DNA of 64,000 bases from Phaeosaccion multiseriatum (taxonomy: Eukaryota; Protista; Ochrophyta, other classes): NCBI GenBank assembly GCA_965112735.1, contig OZ218951.1, positions 1 through 64,000 on the forward strand, given 5' to 3'. Each line of letters begins with the position of its first letter. Positions within the stretch are counted from its first letter, which is position 1. Below the pieces are notes generated by a model. The model had not been told where the DNA came from. It was given only the letters and a program-made list of their open reading frames with translations, and made no database searches. A program made the translations under genes and the position numbers. Of this stretch, positions 24,501 through 36,500 are shown piece after piece.

Positions 24501-27500
24501 CCCTTGACTCAGTGCGGTGCGCTTCAGCAGCGATCGCCGCAGAGCGACTGCCAGAGGGTTCCTCTATCTCTCCAAGCACCTCTGCTTCGATCCACACTGC
24601 CAGCGCCGCTACCGTGGGATATGCGAAGAGCACATCAGTGGTCACTACAACCCCGAAGCGAGCCTGTAGCTGGCCGCGCAGCTCCACTGTTGACAAAGAG
24701 TCAAGACCTGCTTCCATCAAAGGCGTGTTCGCGTCCAGCTCTTCGACACCCTCCCCAAGGAGGTCCTTGGCCATATCAAGCACCGCCAATCGCACTGATT
24801 GCTGTCGGTCGCCAGGGGGCAGTCTCAAGAGCGCCTCGCGCACTTCATTGTTGAGTTTGGTGTTGCTGGACGCACCTGCTGCTGTTGAGACAAGCCCTGA
24901 CAGCAGGGGCGATCTACGGGATGCCCCCAAGCTGCCTGCAAACCTGCCCCAGTCCATGCCAGGCAGGACAGCCACATCACCCACGGATGCTGACGACATC
25001 GCAGCCGCATCTAAGGCAGCCATGCCCAGCTCAGCTGACACCGTGCCCACACCCGCGAGCTCCAACTGCTTTTGAACGATATCGAGTTCAGCGGCCATAC
25101 CCACGGCAGCCCACGGCCCCCACTGCAATGACGTCCCTGCGAGCCCGAGGTGTCGCCTGTGCCGCATCAGCCCATCCACAGCCGCATTCGCCGCAGCGTA
25201 GTTGGCCTGTCCAGCGTTCCCCAGTACTCCGGCCATGGATGTGAAGCAAAAGAAAAAGTCAAGGCCAGAAGTGCGCCCCTCCTCCTTCGCCCAAGCCAAC
25301 GAGAGCTCATGTAAGTTCACCGCCCCCTGCACCTTGGGTCGGAAGACGTTCGTCACGCTCTCCGCCGTCTGCTCTCCCATCAGCATATCATCCAGCACCC
25401 CGGCAGCATGCACCACACCGCGTACAGGGGGGAGCAAAGGCAGGACGCACCCCAGGCAAGTCCGAAGTGCCTCAGTATCAGCAACATCACAAGTAGGAGT
25501 ATGGATCAGCTCCACCTTGTTCCGAAGCTGCTGCCACTGTTCTGTCATGCTCTCGGCGACCTTCCCACTCCTCGACAGCAGCACCAAGTGACGAGCGCCC
25601 CTCGACGCGAGGTGCTGGGCCGTCACGAGGCCGAGAGCTCCCAGACCGCCGCTGATGACGTACGTGCCATCGGACACCACTGGCACACCATACGAGGGGT
25701 TGGTCAGCACCACCTTGCCGATGTGCTTCGCTTGGCTCATAAGTGCCATGGCCTTCTGAGTATCCTCCCTCATGTCAAAGGGTATGGTCCGTAAGGGCTT
25801 CACATGGCCAGACATGCAGTCATCAGCCAGATGCTGCAGCTCGTCGCTTATCCAGCCCGGCTCACCCGCGGAGAAGTCAGACTCAATCATGTTATCCAGT
25901 GCCAGCAGGTCGTACCTCACATCGGGCCGGGCGGTGCGCATCTGCTCGTGACTCCACACGCCTCGCTTGCCAAGCTCGACGAATATACCACCCTCATGTA
26001 GCATGTCCAATGAGAAGGGAATGTAATTCTCGCTCAGAGAGTTGAGCACCACATCGACCTTCATCTCACCCATGGACTGCTTGAACGCCTCTGCGTCTCT
26101 TGAAGACGCAATGTGCTCCACTCCCAAGCTCCGGAGGAAGTCATGCTTCACAGCAGCACCGGCAGTGACGTACACCTCTGCGCCGACCCGCTGAGCATAC
26201 TGTACGGCAGCAAGGCCCACACCGCCGGATGCGGCGTGAATCAGAACCTTCTCTCCAGCCTTGAGGCCCTCAAGGGCCTTCATCACGGTGAGGAACACGG
26301 TGGGAAGTGCAGCGGCCTGCTCGAAGCTCAGTACGGCCGGCATCACGGCCAGACACACATCACTCGTCGTCGTATGACTGCGCAAACACCCTCCGTCCGC
26401 AAAGCCAAACACAGCGTCGCCGACACGGAAGCGCGAGCTCCCTCCCACACTGATCACCTCGCCGGCAAACTCGAAGCAGGGATTGCCAGGGTCGCCAGGG
26501 TACATGTCCAGCACATTCAGCACGTCTCGGAAGTTCAGCCCAACGGCCCTCACCGCCACCTCTACGGAGCTACCAGCTGCTGGGTCGAGGGACTGATGCT
26601 TACCAACGCTCGTATCGTCACGCAGGGCGAAAGCGTTCGCAATGCTGCCTCTTGCCTTCAAGTCAAGCGCGAAGGGAAGCCGCAGGGGCTGATGTACAAG
26701 CTGAGGCGTCCAGCACTGCCCATCGCGTACCCGCAAATCTTCTGAGGTGGGAGTGAAGGCCAAGCCCAAGGCAAGCTCGCTGTCTGAGGGCTTCTTGTCG
26801 CTCAGGTCCACCACACCAACCTGCATGGAAGGGTGCTCCATCCTCGCAGTCCTCACCAAACCTGTCACCCAGCTGTCACGCCAGTCCTTGCCGCTTTGGA
26901 CGCCTCTCGTCAAAATCGTCAGCGGCACACTCGACGCAGTGCACAGGCTCCTGAGAAGAGCCATCAGGGCGTAGGCCGCTCGTGCTTGGTGCCCCGCTTT
27001 TAAGTCTTGATCGTCATACCCAGAGATGAGAACGTACAAGACACGAGTCCACTCGTCCTCTCCAAGAAGAAGAGTACCATCATCCCAGGAGGCGTCCATC
27101 CCCCCATACTGAGTGTGTACGTGCACGTTCTCCGGAACACAGCGCCGCACTGCAGCAATGATTGAAATCTCTTCCTCCCTCTCGTCCTGTGGAATAACCA
27201 CCAGCCACTTCTCTGGCACCGCCGCATCGGCAGGGTCAGCATCACTACCAAGGGCCTCCTCCTGTGTAGACGGTTCAGCAACCTGCCACTCCAATGCGTA
27301 CATTGCACGGCGAACGGGGCTGACGCGCACAAAGCCCCTCGCCCGCTGCACGCGAAAGCCCCGCATCTCCACTAGCACCTCTTTGCTGTCGAAGTCTGCA
27401 ATCACCACGTCGAACTTTGCGCTGTCCGCCTCTGACTGAACCTCACTCAGCTTCGTGTGCACCCACACGTTCTTTCCTGTTATGGAGGCGGAAACGACCA

Positions 27501-30500
27501 CCTCGTCAAAGCCAGCAGGTAGGAATGGAGAGCCCCCCCCTTCCTTGAGCAGCTTCCTTGGCAACGCTTGCATGATGGTATGGGTAGCATTGTCCAGCAC
27601 CGCGGGGTGCAGAGCAAAGCCCTTCATCTCCCACGGCTCGCACAGCTCCTCATCCATGGCACAAACGACCGACAGAACCTCTCCGTCCCCGCCGTACATG
27701 TGGCGGGTCCGCTGAAAGCGGGGGCCGTAATGGAAGCCGGCGTCTGCGAAAGACTTATAGAGCCCACTCGATACGTCCTGCTCGCCAACTCTAGCTCGAA
27801 TGGATTCCACGTGCAGCGAAGCAGGCGCCGTGCTACGCTCCAAGACAGACACGTGCTTCATTCTTGCCGTGGTGCCCTTGTCGCCCGTGGCACCCCCGAA
27901 AAACTGCATGCTTCCATCTGGCGCGTGAAGGGCACTCATCCCGGCACCGACCATAGTATGGCGGCTTTGGGCCTGGTCCGTGCCGGTGTGCTGAAAACCC
28001 TCAATCTCCAGTGGAACCACAAACCTGGCTCCTTGCAGGACTACCTGCTGCTCCACTCCGAGCTGGCTTCCTCCTAGAGCAGCGATGACGCCCACTTCAA
28101 TGTACGTCACCCCCGGAATGATTACCACATTGTTGACGGCATGGTCCTTGAGAAGATTCTTGAGATGAGGGGAGAAGGGGCTGGCGAGCCGCATTCCGCC
28201 TCTCTCTTGGACCACCTCACCACTTGGCATAAACGCCAGCGGAGGCTTGTACCAAGGAAATGATCGGCGAGTCGGATAAAGCTCTAGATGCTCCGGCCCC
28301 GCTACTGTGTCCAGGGCTGCTCCAAACGACTCCTCGGAGCTCTTCCCGCGCGTGAGGGAAGAGATCCACGCCAGCCCCTCACAACGCTCGCACTTGGCTC
28401 CCATGCTGCTCAGCACAGGGTTGGGGCCCACCTCAACGATGCTCAGGTCAGGCCCCCTCCCGTCTCCCATCCAGTGCTCCACCAGCGTGTGGATGCCTTC
28501 TGCGAACAGCACTGGCGACAGCATGTGTTGCACCCAATACGTCGCCTGCGTCACCTCCTCCGCTCTCACCACCTCACCCGTCACGTTGGACACCAGGGGA
28601 ATGCGTGGGGCGCTCAATGACACCTGCCTCAGAACCTCCTCCAGCGCACGTACAGCGGGCTCCATCAGAGGAGAGTGGAAGGCGTGCGACACCTCCAGGG
28701 CCTTGCAGCCCACCCCATCTGCCGTGAGCTTCTCCACGACCTTGTCCACAGCGCTGCGAGCTCCAGAGATCACGCTCGCGCTCGGTCCATTCGACGACGC
28801 CAGCACCACCTCGCCTGCCCCCCCCGCAGCGTCGATGCTTGCCAAAGTCGCCTCCTTGCCTGCCCTCACTGCGAACATCACTCCTTTGCCCTCGGGGCAG
28901 GCCTGCATGGCGGCTCCTCTCTTGGCGGACAGCATCAGCCCGTCCTCCAGCGACATGACGCCGGCCACGCACGCCGCCACTACCTCGCCCAGACTGTGGC
29001 CCATCACCATGGACGGCTCCACGCCCTCCGACTTCCACAGCTCACACAGGGCGTACTCCAGCACAAACAGGCATGGCTGGCAGTAGCGTGTCTCCTTCAG
29101 CAGCGCTTGTGCAGTCTCCTCCTCCTCCTCCTCCTCCCCGTCCTCAGCGACCACAGGGTACATGAGCTCCACTACAGACTTGTCCAGCCAAGCCCGCTCC
29201 ATGAGCAGCGTACTGCACCGCTGCACGCACTCGCGGAACACGCCCTCCTTCTCGTACAGCTCCCTGCCCATGCCCACGTACTGCGAGCCCTGTCCGGTGA
29301 ACAAGAACGCCACCGGCGATCTCTTCTTGCTTTGCTGCCCATCCAGCTGCAGCAAGGCCTCGCTCCTCTCAACCACCGTTGGTCCGAAGCTGCTGAGTAC
29401 AGCGTGTGCATTGGCACCACCAGCACCGAAGGAACTGACTGCAGCGATACGTCGCTCCCCGCTCTCGTAACTCAGAGAGACCATGGCGGAAGGTAGAGTC
29501 ACTGAAAAGCCTTCCAGTGGCAGCTCCGGATTGAGCTTGCTCATGTTGAGATTCGGCGGGGCAGCTCCATGCTGAAGCACCAACACAGCCTTGATGACGC
29601 CAGCTATTCCGGAAGCCCCCTCTAGGTGCCCGATATTGGTCTTCACCGCCCCAACCACCAGAGGCCTCGCTTCCTCCCGACCCTTGCCGTACACGGCCCT
29701 CAAAGCGCTCATCTCGATGGGGTCACCGAGAGAGGTGCCTGTGCCGTGCACCTCAACGTAGTGCATGTCTAAACCGTCAAAGGCGGCCTCCGCAAGAGCC
29801 TCATTAATCACGTCCTGCTGGGCCAGTGGGCTCGGGGCGGTGTATCGCACGCCCTTTCCGTTGTGGTTCGCGGAGGATCCATTCACAAGTGCGAGAATGA
29901 CGTCGCCATCAGTCTCTGCATCATCCAGTCGCTTCAGCACCACAGCGCCGCAGCCCTCGCCCCGAACGTAACCGTTGGCCGATACATCGAAGGTTTTACA
30001 GCGCCTTGATTACAGGAGGGCACAAGCAAAAATGAAAACAATGGTTGCGGGCCGCGGGGGCTATGAGGGTAATGTAGTTTGCTCCCAGGAAGATCCAAAA
30101 ACTACAACTTTGCGCGTCCTCATCGTGGATATGTGAGTCTCTCATCAAGACACGACACACACTTACCAGTCAGGTGAAAGAAATCCCCCAGCTGCGAGAC
30201 CTTCGAAGCCTGCGGTGCCTAGAAGCAGGTTTACGCCGCCTACCACGGCGAGGTTACTCTTACCCAGCCTCAAACTGTTACAGGCAGCGTCCAGTGCCAC
30301 CAGTGATGACGAGCAGGCAGTGTCTACACTGAAGCTAACGCCCCTCAGCCCCAGCACGTAAGACAGCCGGTTGGCAGGACTTGCGTTTGACGTGGCCATC
30401 ACGGAGTATGCGCTTCGCTCCTCATCCGCACCCACTGAGCCCCACTCGCTGCCGGACACACCCACGAACACACCGGTGTTGCTGCCATGTAGTGTATCCT

Positions 30501-33500
30501 TGCGGTATCCCGCCCTGTGCAGAGCCTCGTACCCCACCTCCAGCATGACGCGCTGATGAGGGTCCATAGCTCGAGCCTCCGCTGCTGAGATGCCGAAGAA
30601 GGCATTGTCGAACATCTCCACTCCGTCAATGAAGCCCCCGTGCCACTGCTTTTGATTTCCATCGTCTGCCCAGCGGTCGACAGGGGCCTCTCGAATACAG
30701 TCTGTACCCGCAGAGAGCATGGACCAGAAGGCCTCGGGGCTGCTTGCGCCACCAGGGAAGCGGCAGGCCATACCCACAACGGCCAAGGGGACTGCTGAGT
30801 CCACTTGATCCAGGTTAGATCTCGCACCGCCAGCTGAGCGACCTCTGGCAGCGTCTGTGACCTCTCCCAACACTTCCTCTTCGACCCACGTCGCTAACGC
30901 CGCTACCGTAGGATACGAGAAGAGCACGTCGCTGGTCACATTCACTCCAAAGCGAGCCTGCAGTCGGGTGCGCATATCTACCGTCGACAGCGAGTCAAGG
31001 CCAGCCTCCATGAGCGAAGTGGAGGCGTCCAGCTCTTCGACACCCTCCCCAATCAGGTCTTTCGCGATGTCCATCACCGCAAGGCTCACCAAGTGTTTTC
31101 TGTCTCCAGGGGACAGCTCCAACAGCTCCTCGCGCACTTGTTCATTGAGCACGGTGTTTCCCAGCCCCTCTGCTCCGGCCACGGCCCTTAATACGAGCCT
31201 TGACAGTAGAGGCGGACTGTGGGACGCCCCCACGCTGTCTGCAAACTTGGCCCAGTCCATGCCAGGCAGGACGGCAACATCTCCCAAAGACGCTGACGGC
31301 GTCGCAGCCGCATCGAAGGCCGACATACCCAGCTCAGCTGACACCGTGCCCACACCCGTAAGCTCCAACTGCTTTTGCACCACGTCAAGCTGGGCTGCCA
31401 TACCCATATCAGCCCACGGGCCCCACTGCAATGACGTCCCTGCCAGCCCGAGGCGTCGCCTGTACCGCATCAACCCGTCCACAGCGGCATTTGCCGCAGC
31501 ATAGTTGGCCTGTCCAGCGTTCCCCAGTACTCCGGCCATGGATGTGAAGCACACGAAGAAATCAAGGCTGGCAGTGCGCTCCTCCTCCTTCACCCAAGCC
31601 AAAGAAAGCTCGTGCAAGTTGACCGCCCCCTGCACCTTGGGTCCGAAGACGTTCATCGCGCTCTCCGCCGTCTGATGTGCCAGCAGCTTGTCGTCTAGCA
31701 CCCCGGCAGCATGCACCACGCCTCGCACAGGGGGAAGCAGAGGAAGCATGGACCCCAAGCATGTCCGAAGGGCCTCGGCGTCACCGACATCACAGGTCGG
31801 AGTATGGATGGTCAAACGCGATGTCTTTCGAAGTCGCTGCCACTGCTCAGTCATACTCTCAGCGACGCTTCCACTCCTTGACAGCAGTACCAAGTGACGA
31901 GCACCCCTTGACGCAAGGTGCTGAGCCGTCACGAGGCCGAGAGCTCCCAGACCGCCGCTGATGATGTACGTGCCATCCGACACAACTGGCACACCATATG
32001 AGGGGTTGGTCAGCACCACTTTGCCGATATGCTGCGCTTCCATCATAAACACCATTGCTTTGGGCGTCTCGCCTCGCATGTCGAAGGGTGTCACGGGCAA
32101 TGGCTGCGTAGCCCCAGACATGCACTTGTCAGCAAGATGCTGCAGCTCGTCGCCAATCCAGCCAGGCTCCCCCCCCGAGAAGTCAGCCTCGATCACGGTG
32201 TCCAGATCCAGCAGCTCGTACGTCACGTCGGGCCGGGTGGTGTACATCTGCTCATGACTCCACACGCCTCGCTTCCCAATCTCGATGAATCTGCCTCCCT
32301 CTGTCAGCACGTCCAGTGAGAAGGAAATGAAATCCTCACTGAGGGAGTTGAGCACCACATCCACCTTCATCTCACCCATGGACTGCTTGAACGCCTCTGT
32401 GTCTCTTGATGACGCAATGTGCTCCACTCCCAAGCTCCGGAGGAACTTGTGGTTCACAGCAGCACCGGTAGTCGCGTACACCTCTACGCCCACACGCTGA
32501 GCGTACTGAATGGCGGCAATACCCACACCACCAGCTGCAGCATGGATCAGCACCTTCTCACCCGCCTTAAGGTCATGGAAGGCCTTCAGTACCGTCAGGC
32601 ACACCGCAGGAAGTGCTGCTGCCTGCTCGAAGCTCAGCACGGATGGCATCACGGCCAGGCACGCATCACTCGTCGCCACATGACTGCGCAAACATCCAGC
32701 ATCCGCAAAGCCAAACACAGCGTCGCCGACGCTGAAACGTGAGCCTTCTCTCACACTGGTCACCTCCCCGGCGAACTCGGAGCAGGGATCTCCAGGGTCA
32801 CCAGGGTACATGTCCAGCACATTCAGCACGTCCCGGAAGTTCAGCCCAACGGCCCTCACTGCCACCTCCACATAGCTGCAAGTCGGGTCGAGAGGCTGAT
32901 GCTTGCCCACATTCACATCGTCAACAAGGGCGAAAGCGTTGGCAATGCTGCCTCTTGCCTTCAAGTTAAGCGCGAAGGGAAGCTGCAGGGCCTGGTGTGA
33001 AAGCTGAGGCGTCCAGCACTGCCCGTCGCGTACCCACACATTTTCTGTGGTAGCGGGGAAGGCCAGGCCTAAGGCAAGCTCGTTATCTTGGGCCTCCTTG
33101 TCGCTGAGGTCCACCAAGCCAATCTGCAAGGAAGGATACTCCACCCTCGCAGTCCGCACCAGCCCAGTCACCCAGCTGTCACGCCAGTCCTCGCCGCTTT
33201 GGACGCCCCTCGTCAAGACCGTCAGCGGCACATTCGACGCAGCAGTGAATAGGCCTCTGAGTAGAGCCATCAGGGCGTAGGCCGCTCGAGCTTGTAGGCC
33301 CTGTTCTGCGTCTTCGTCGCCATCTCCGGGGATCAGTACGTACAAGACTCGAGTCCACTCCTCCTCTCCAAGGAGAAGAGCATCATCATTCCATGAGCCG
33401 CTCATCCCTCCATGCCGAGTGTGAACATCCACGCCCTCCGGAACAGAGCGCCTCACTGCCGCAGTCATCGAAGTCTCGCCGTCTCTCTCCTCCTGCGCAG

Positions 33501-36500
33501 CGAGAACCAGCCATTTCTGTCGCGCCGCCTCCTCAGTAGTGTGAGCATCAGGGGCCTCCTCCTGCCATTCCAGCGTGTACATTGCGCGACGAAGAGGGTT
33601 GACAGGCGCAAAGCCTCTCGCCCTCTGCAAGCGGAATCCACGCATCTGCACCAGAACCTGCCTACTCTCGTAATGGGCAATGCTGATGTCAAACTTGATG
33701 ATGTTGCCCCCTTTCTCCACTTCCGTGAGCCTTGTGTGCACCCATACTCTCTCTTCCGTAATCGGAGCAGAGACTACCACCTCGTCGAAGCCAACGGGCA
33801 AGAACGGAGCTCCACCACTCGAGTTGAAGAGCTGACTTCGGATTGCGCGGAAAATGGAGTGCGTTGCACTGTCGAGGACCGCAGGGTGTAGAACAAAACT
33901 CATTTCCTCCCACGGCTCGCAAAGCTCCGAGTCTAGGGCGCGGACGACCGCAAGCACCTCTCCGCTCTTTTCGTACATACGCGTGTTTCGCTTGAATCGA
34001 GGGCCGAAGCAGAAGTTGGCGTTGGCCATTATCACGTACACGTCACTGGACATGTCCTCCCCTACTCTCCCTTTGATACCCTCCACATCGAGCGTTTCAC
34101 GCGGCTCGGTTCGCTCCTTGACAGACACGTGGGCCATCCTCGCGGTGGTGCCACGGTCACCGTCAGCACCGCCGGAGAATTCCATGCCTCCATCTTTCCC
34201 GTGCAGAGCACTCAGGCCGTCACATACAATAGTGCTGCGGCCGTGCGATTGATCCGTACCGGGGTGCTGAAAACCCTCAATCTCCAGTGGAACCACAAAC
34301 CTGGCTCCTTGCAGGACTACCTGCTGCTCCACCCCGAGCTGTCTTCCTCCTAGAGCAGCGACGACGCCCACTTCAATGTATGTCACCCCCGGAATGATTA
34401 CCACATTGTTGACGGCATGGTCCTTGAGAAGATTCTTGAGGTGAGGGGAGAAGGGGCTGGCGAGCCGCATTCCGCCTCTCTCTTGGACCACCTCACCACT
34501 TGGCATAAACGCCAGCGGAGGCTTGTACCAAGGAAATGATCGGCGAGTCGGATAAAGCTCTAGATGCTCCGGCCCCGCTACTGTGTCCAGGGCTGCTCCA
34601 AACGACTCCTCGGAGCTCTTCTCGCGCGTGAGGGAAGAGATCCACGCCAGCCCCTCACAACGCTCGCACTTGGCTCCCATGCTGCTCAGCACAGGGTTGG
34701 GGCCCACCTCAACGATGCTCAGGTCAGCCCCCCTCCCGTCTCCCATCCAGTGCTCCACCACCGTGTGGATGCCTTCTACGAACAGCACTGGCGACAGCAT
34801 GTGTTGCACCCAATACGTCGCCTGCGTCACCTCCTCCGCTCTCACCACCTCACCCGTCACGTTGGACACCAGGGGAATGCGTGGGGCGCTCAATGACACC
34901 TGCCTCAGAACCTCCTCCAACGCACGTACAGCGGGCTCCATGAGAGGAGAGTGGAAGGCGTGCGAAACCTCCAGGGCCTTGCAGCCCACCCCATCTGCCG
35001 TGAGCTTCTCCACCACCTTGTCCACAGCGCTGCGAGCTCCAGAGATCACGCTCGCGCTCGGTCCATTCGACGATGCCAGCACCACCTCCCCTGCCCCCCC
35101 CGCAGCGTCGATGCTTGCCAAAGTCGCCTCCTTGCCTGCCCTCACTGCGAACATCACTCCTTTGCCCTCGGGGCAGGCCTGCATGGCGGCTCCTCTCTTG
35201 GCGGACAGCATCAGCCCGTCCTCCAGCGACATGACGCCGGCCACGCACGCCGCCACTACCTCGCCCAGACTGTGGCCCATCACCATGGACGGCTCCACGC
35301 CCTCCGACTTCCACAGCTCACACAGGGCGTACTCCAGCACAAACAGGCATGGCTGGCAGTAGCGTGTCTCCTTCAGCAGCGCTTGTGCAGTCTCCTCCTC
35401 CTCCTCCGCCTCCCCGTCCTCAGCGGCGGCAGGGTACATGAGCTCCACCACAGACTTGTCCAGCCAAGCCCGCTCCATGAGCAGCGTACTGCACCGCTGC
35501 ACGCACTCGCGGAACACGCCCTCCTTCTCGTACAGCTCTCTGCCCATGCCCACGTACTGCGAGCCCTGTCCAGTGAACACAAACGTCACCGGTGAACGCT
35601 TCTTGCTTTGCTGCACATCAAGCTGCGGCAAGACCTCACCCCTCTCAACCAACGTTGGTCCGAAGCTGCTGAGCAGTGCGTGGGCGTTGGTGCCTCCAAA
35701 TCCGAAGGAGCTCACCCCGACCACCACAGATCCATCGGAGTTGGTGGGTAAAGGGGTCATGGAAGATGGGAACAGGACCTCAATTCCCTCCATGTCGAGC
35801 TCTGGGTTTGGCTCGATGAAGTGAAGATTGGGTGGAGCGGTCTTGTGCTGCGCCATCAGCACAGCTTTTATGAGTCCGGCAATCCCTGCGGCACCCTCCA
35901 AGTGCCCGATGTTTGTCTTGAGCGCCCCTACAATCAAAGGCTTCGCTTCATCGCGGTCGTGGGCGAACACTCCTCTGAGAGCGCTCATCTCGATGGGGTC
36001 GCCGAGAGACGTGCCCGTGCCGTGGGCCTCGACGAAACTGACGTCGTTTGGAGATAGTCCGGCGTCGATCAAGGCGTCTGTGATGAGCTGCTTTTGAGCA
36101 CCAGGGTTTGGAGCCGTCATCCGCGCGGTGGGCCCATTATGGTTCACAGCCGAGCCTCGCAGGACAGCCAGCACCTCATCGTCGTTGGCAAGGGCGTCGT
36201 CTAGGCGCTTCACCACGATTGCTCCGCACCCCTCGCCTCTGACGTAGCCGTTGGCGGCCTTGTCAAATGTTTTACAGTGCCTTGAGAGTGAGGAAGGAAG
36301 GGGGAAACAGGGAAGATTTAGCTAAGAAGGCGGGAGGCGAAGGGGCGATTTAAGGTTCTCACTCTACCTCCCTCAACGAAACAGTGGTGTGCGTGACCAG
36401 GTGCCTACCGACTAGAATACTAGCTTCCACCTGTCGGGGTATCATACTCATTCACTTCCTCCCTCCCTCCATCCCTCCCTCCCTCCCTCCCTCCCTCCCT

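Noticed and set aside
22010-35824. Plus-strand ORFs of 100-314 aa repeated three times opposite the AT domains
   Set aside because: Antisense shadows of GC-rich coding sequence, repeated only because the AT DNA is repeated.
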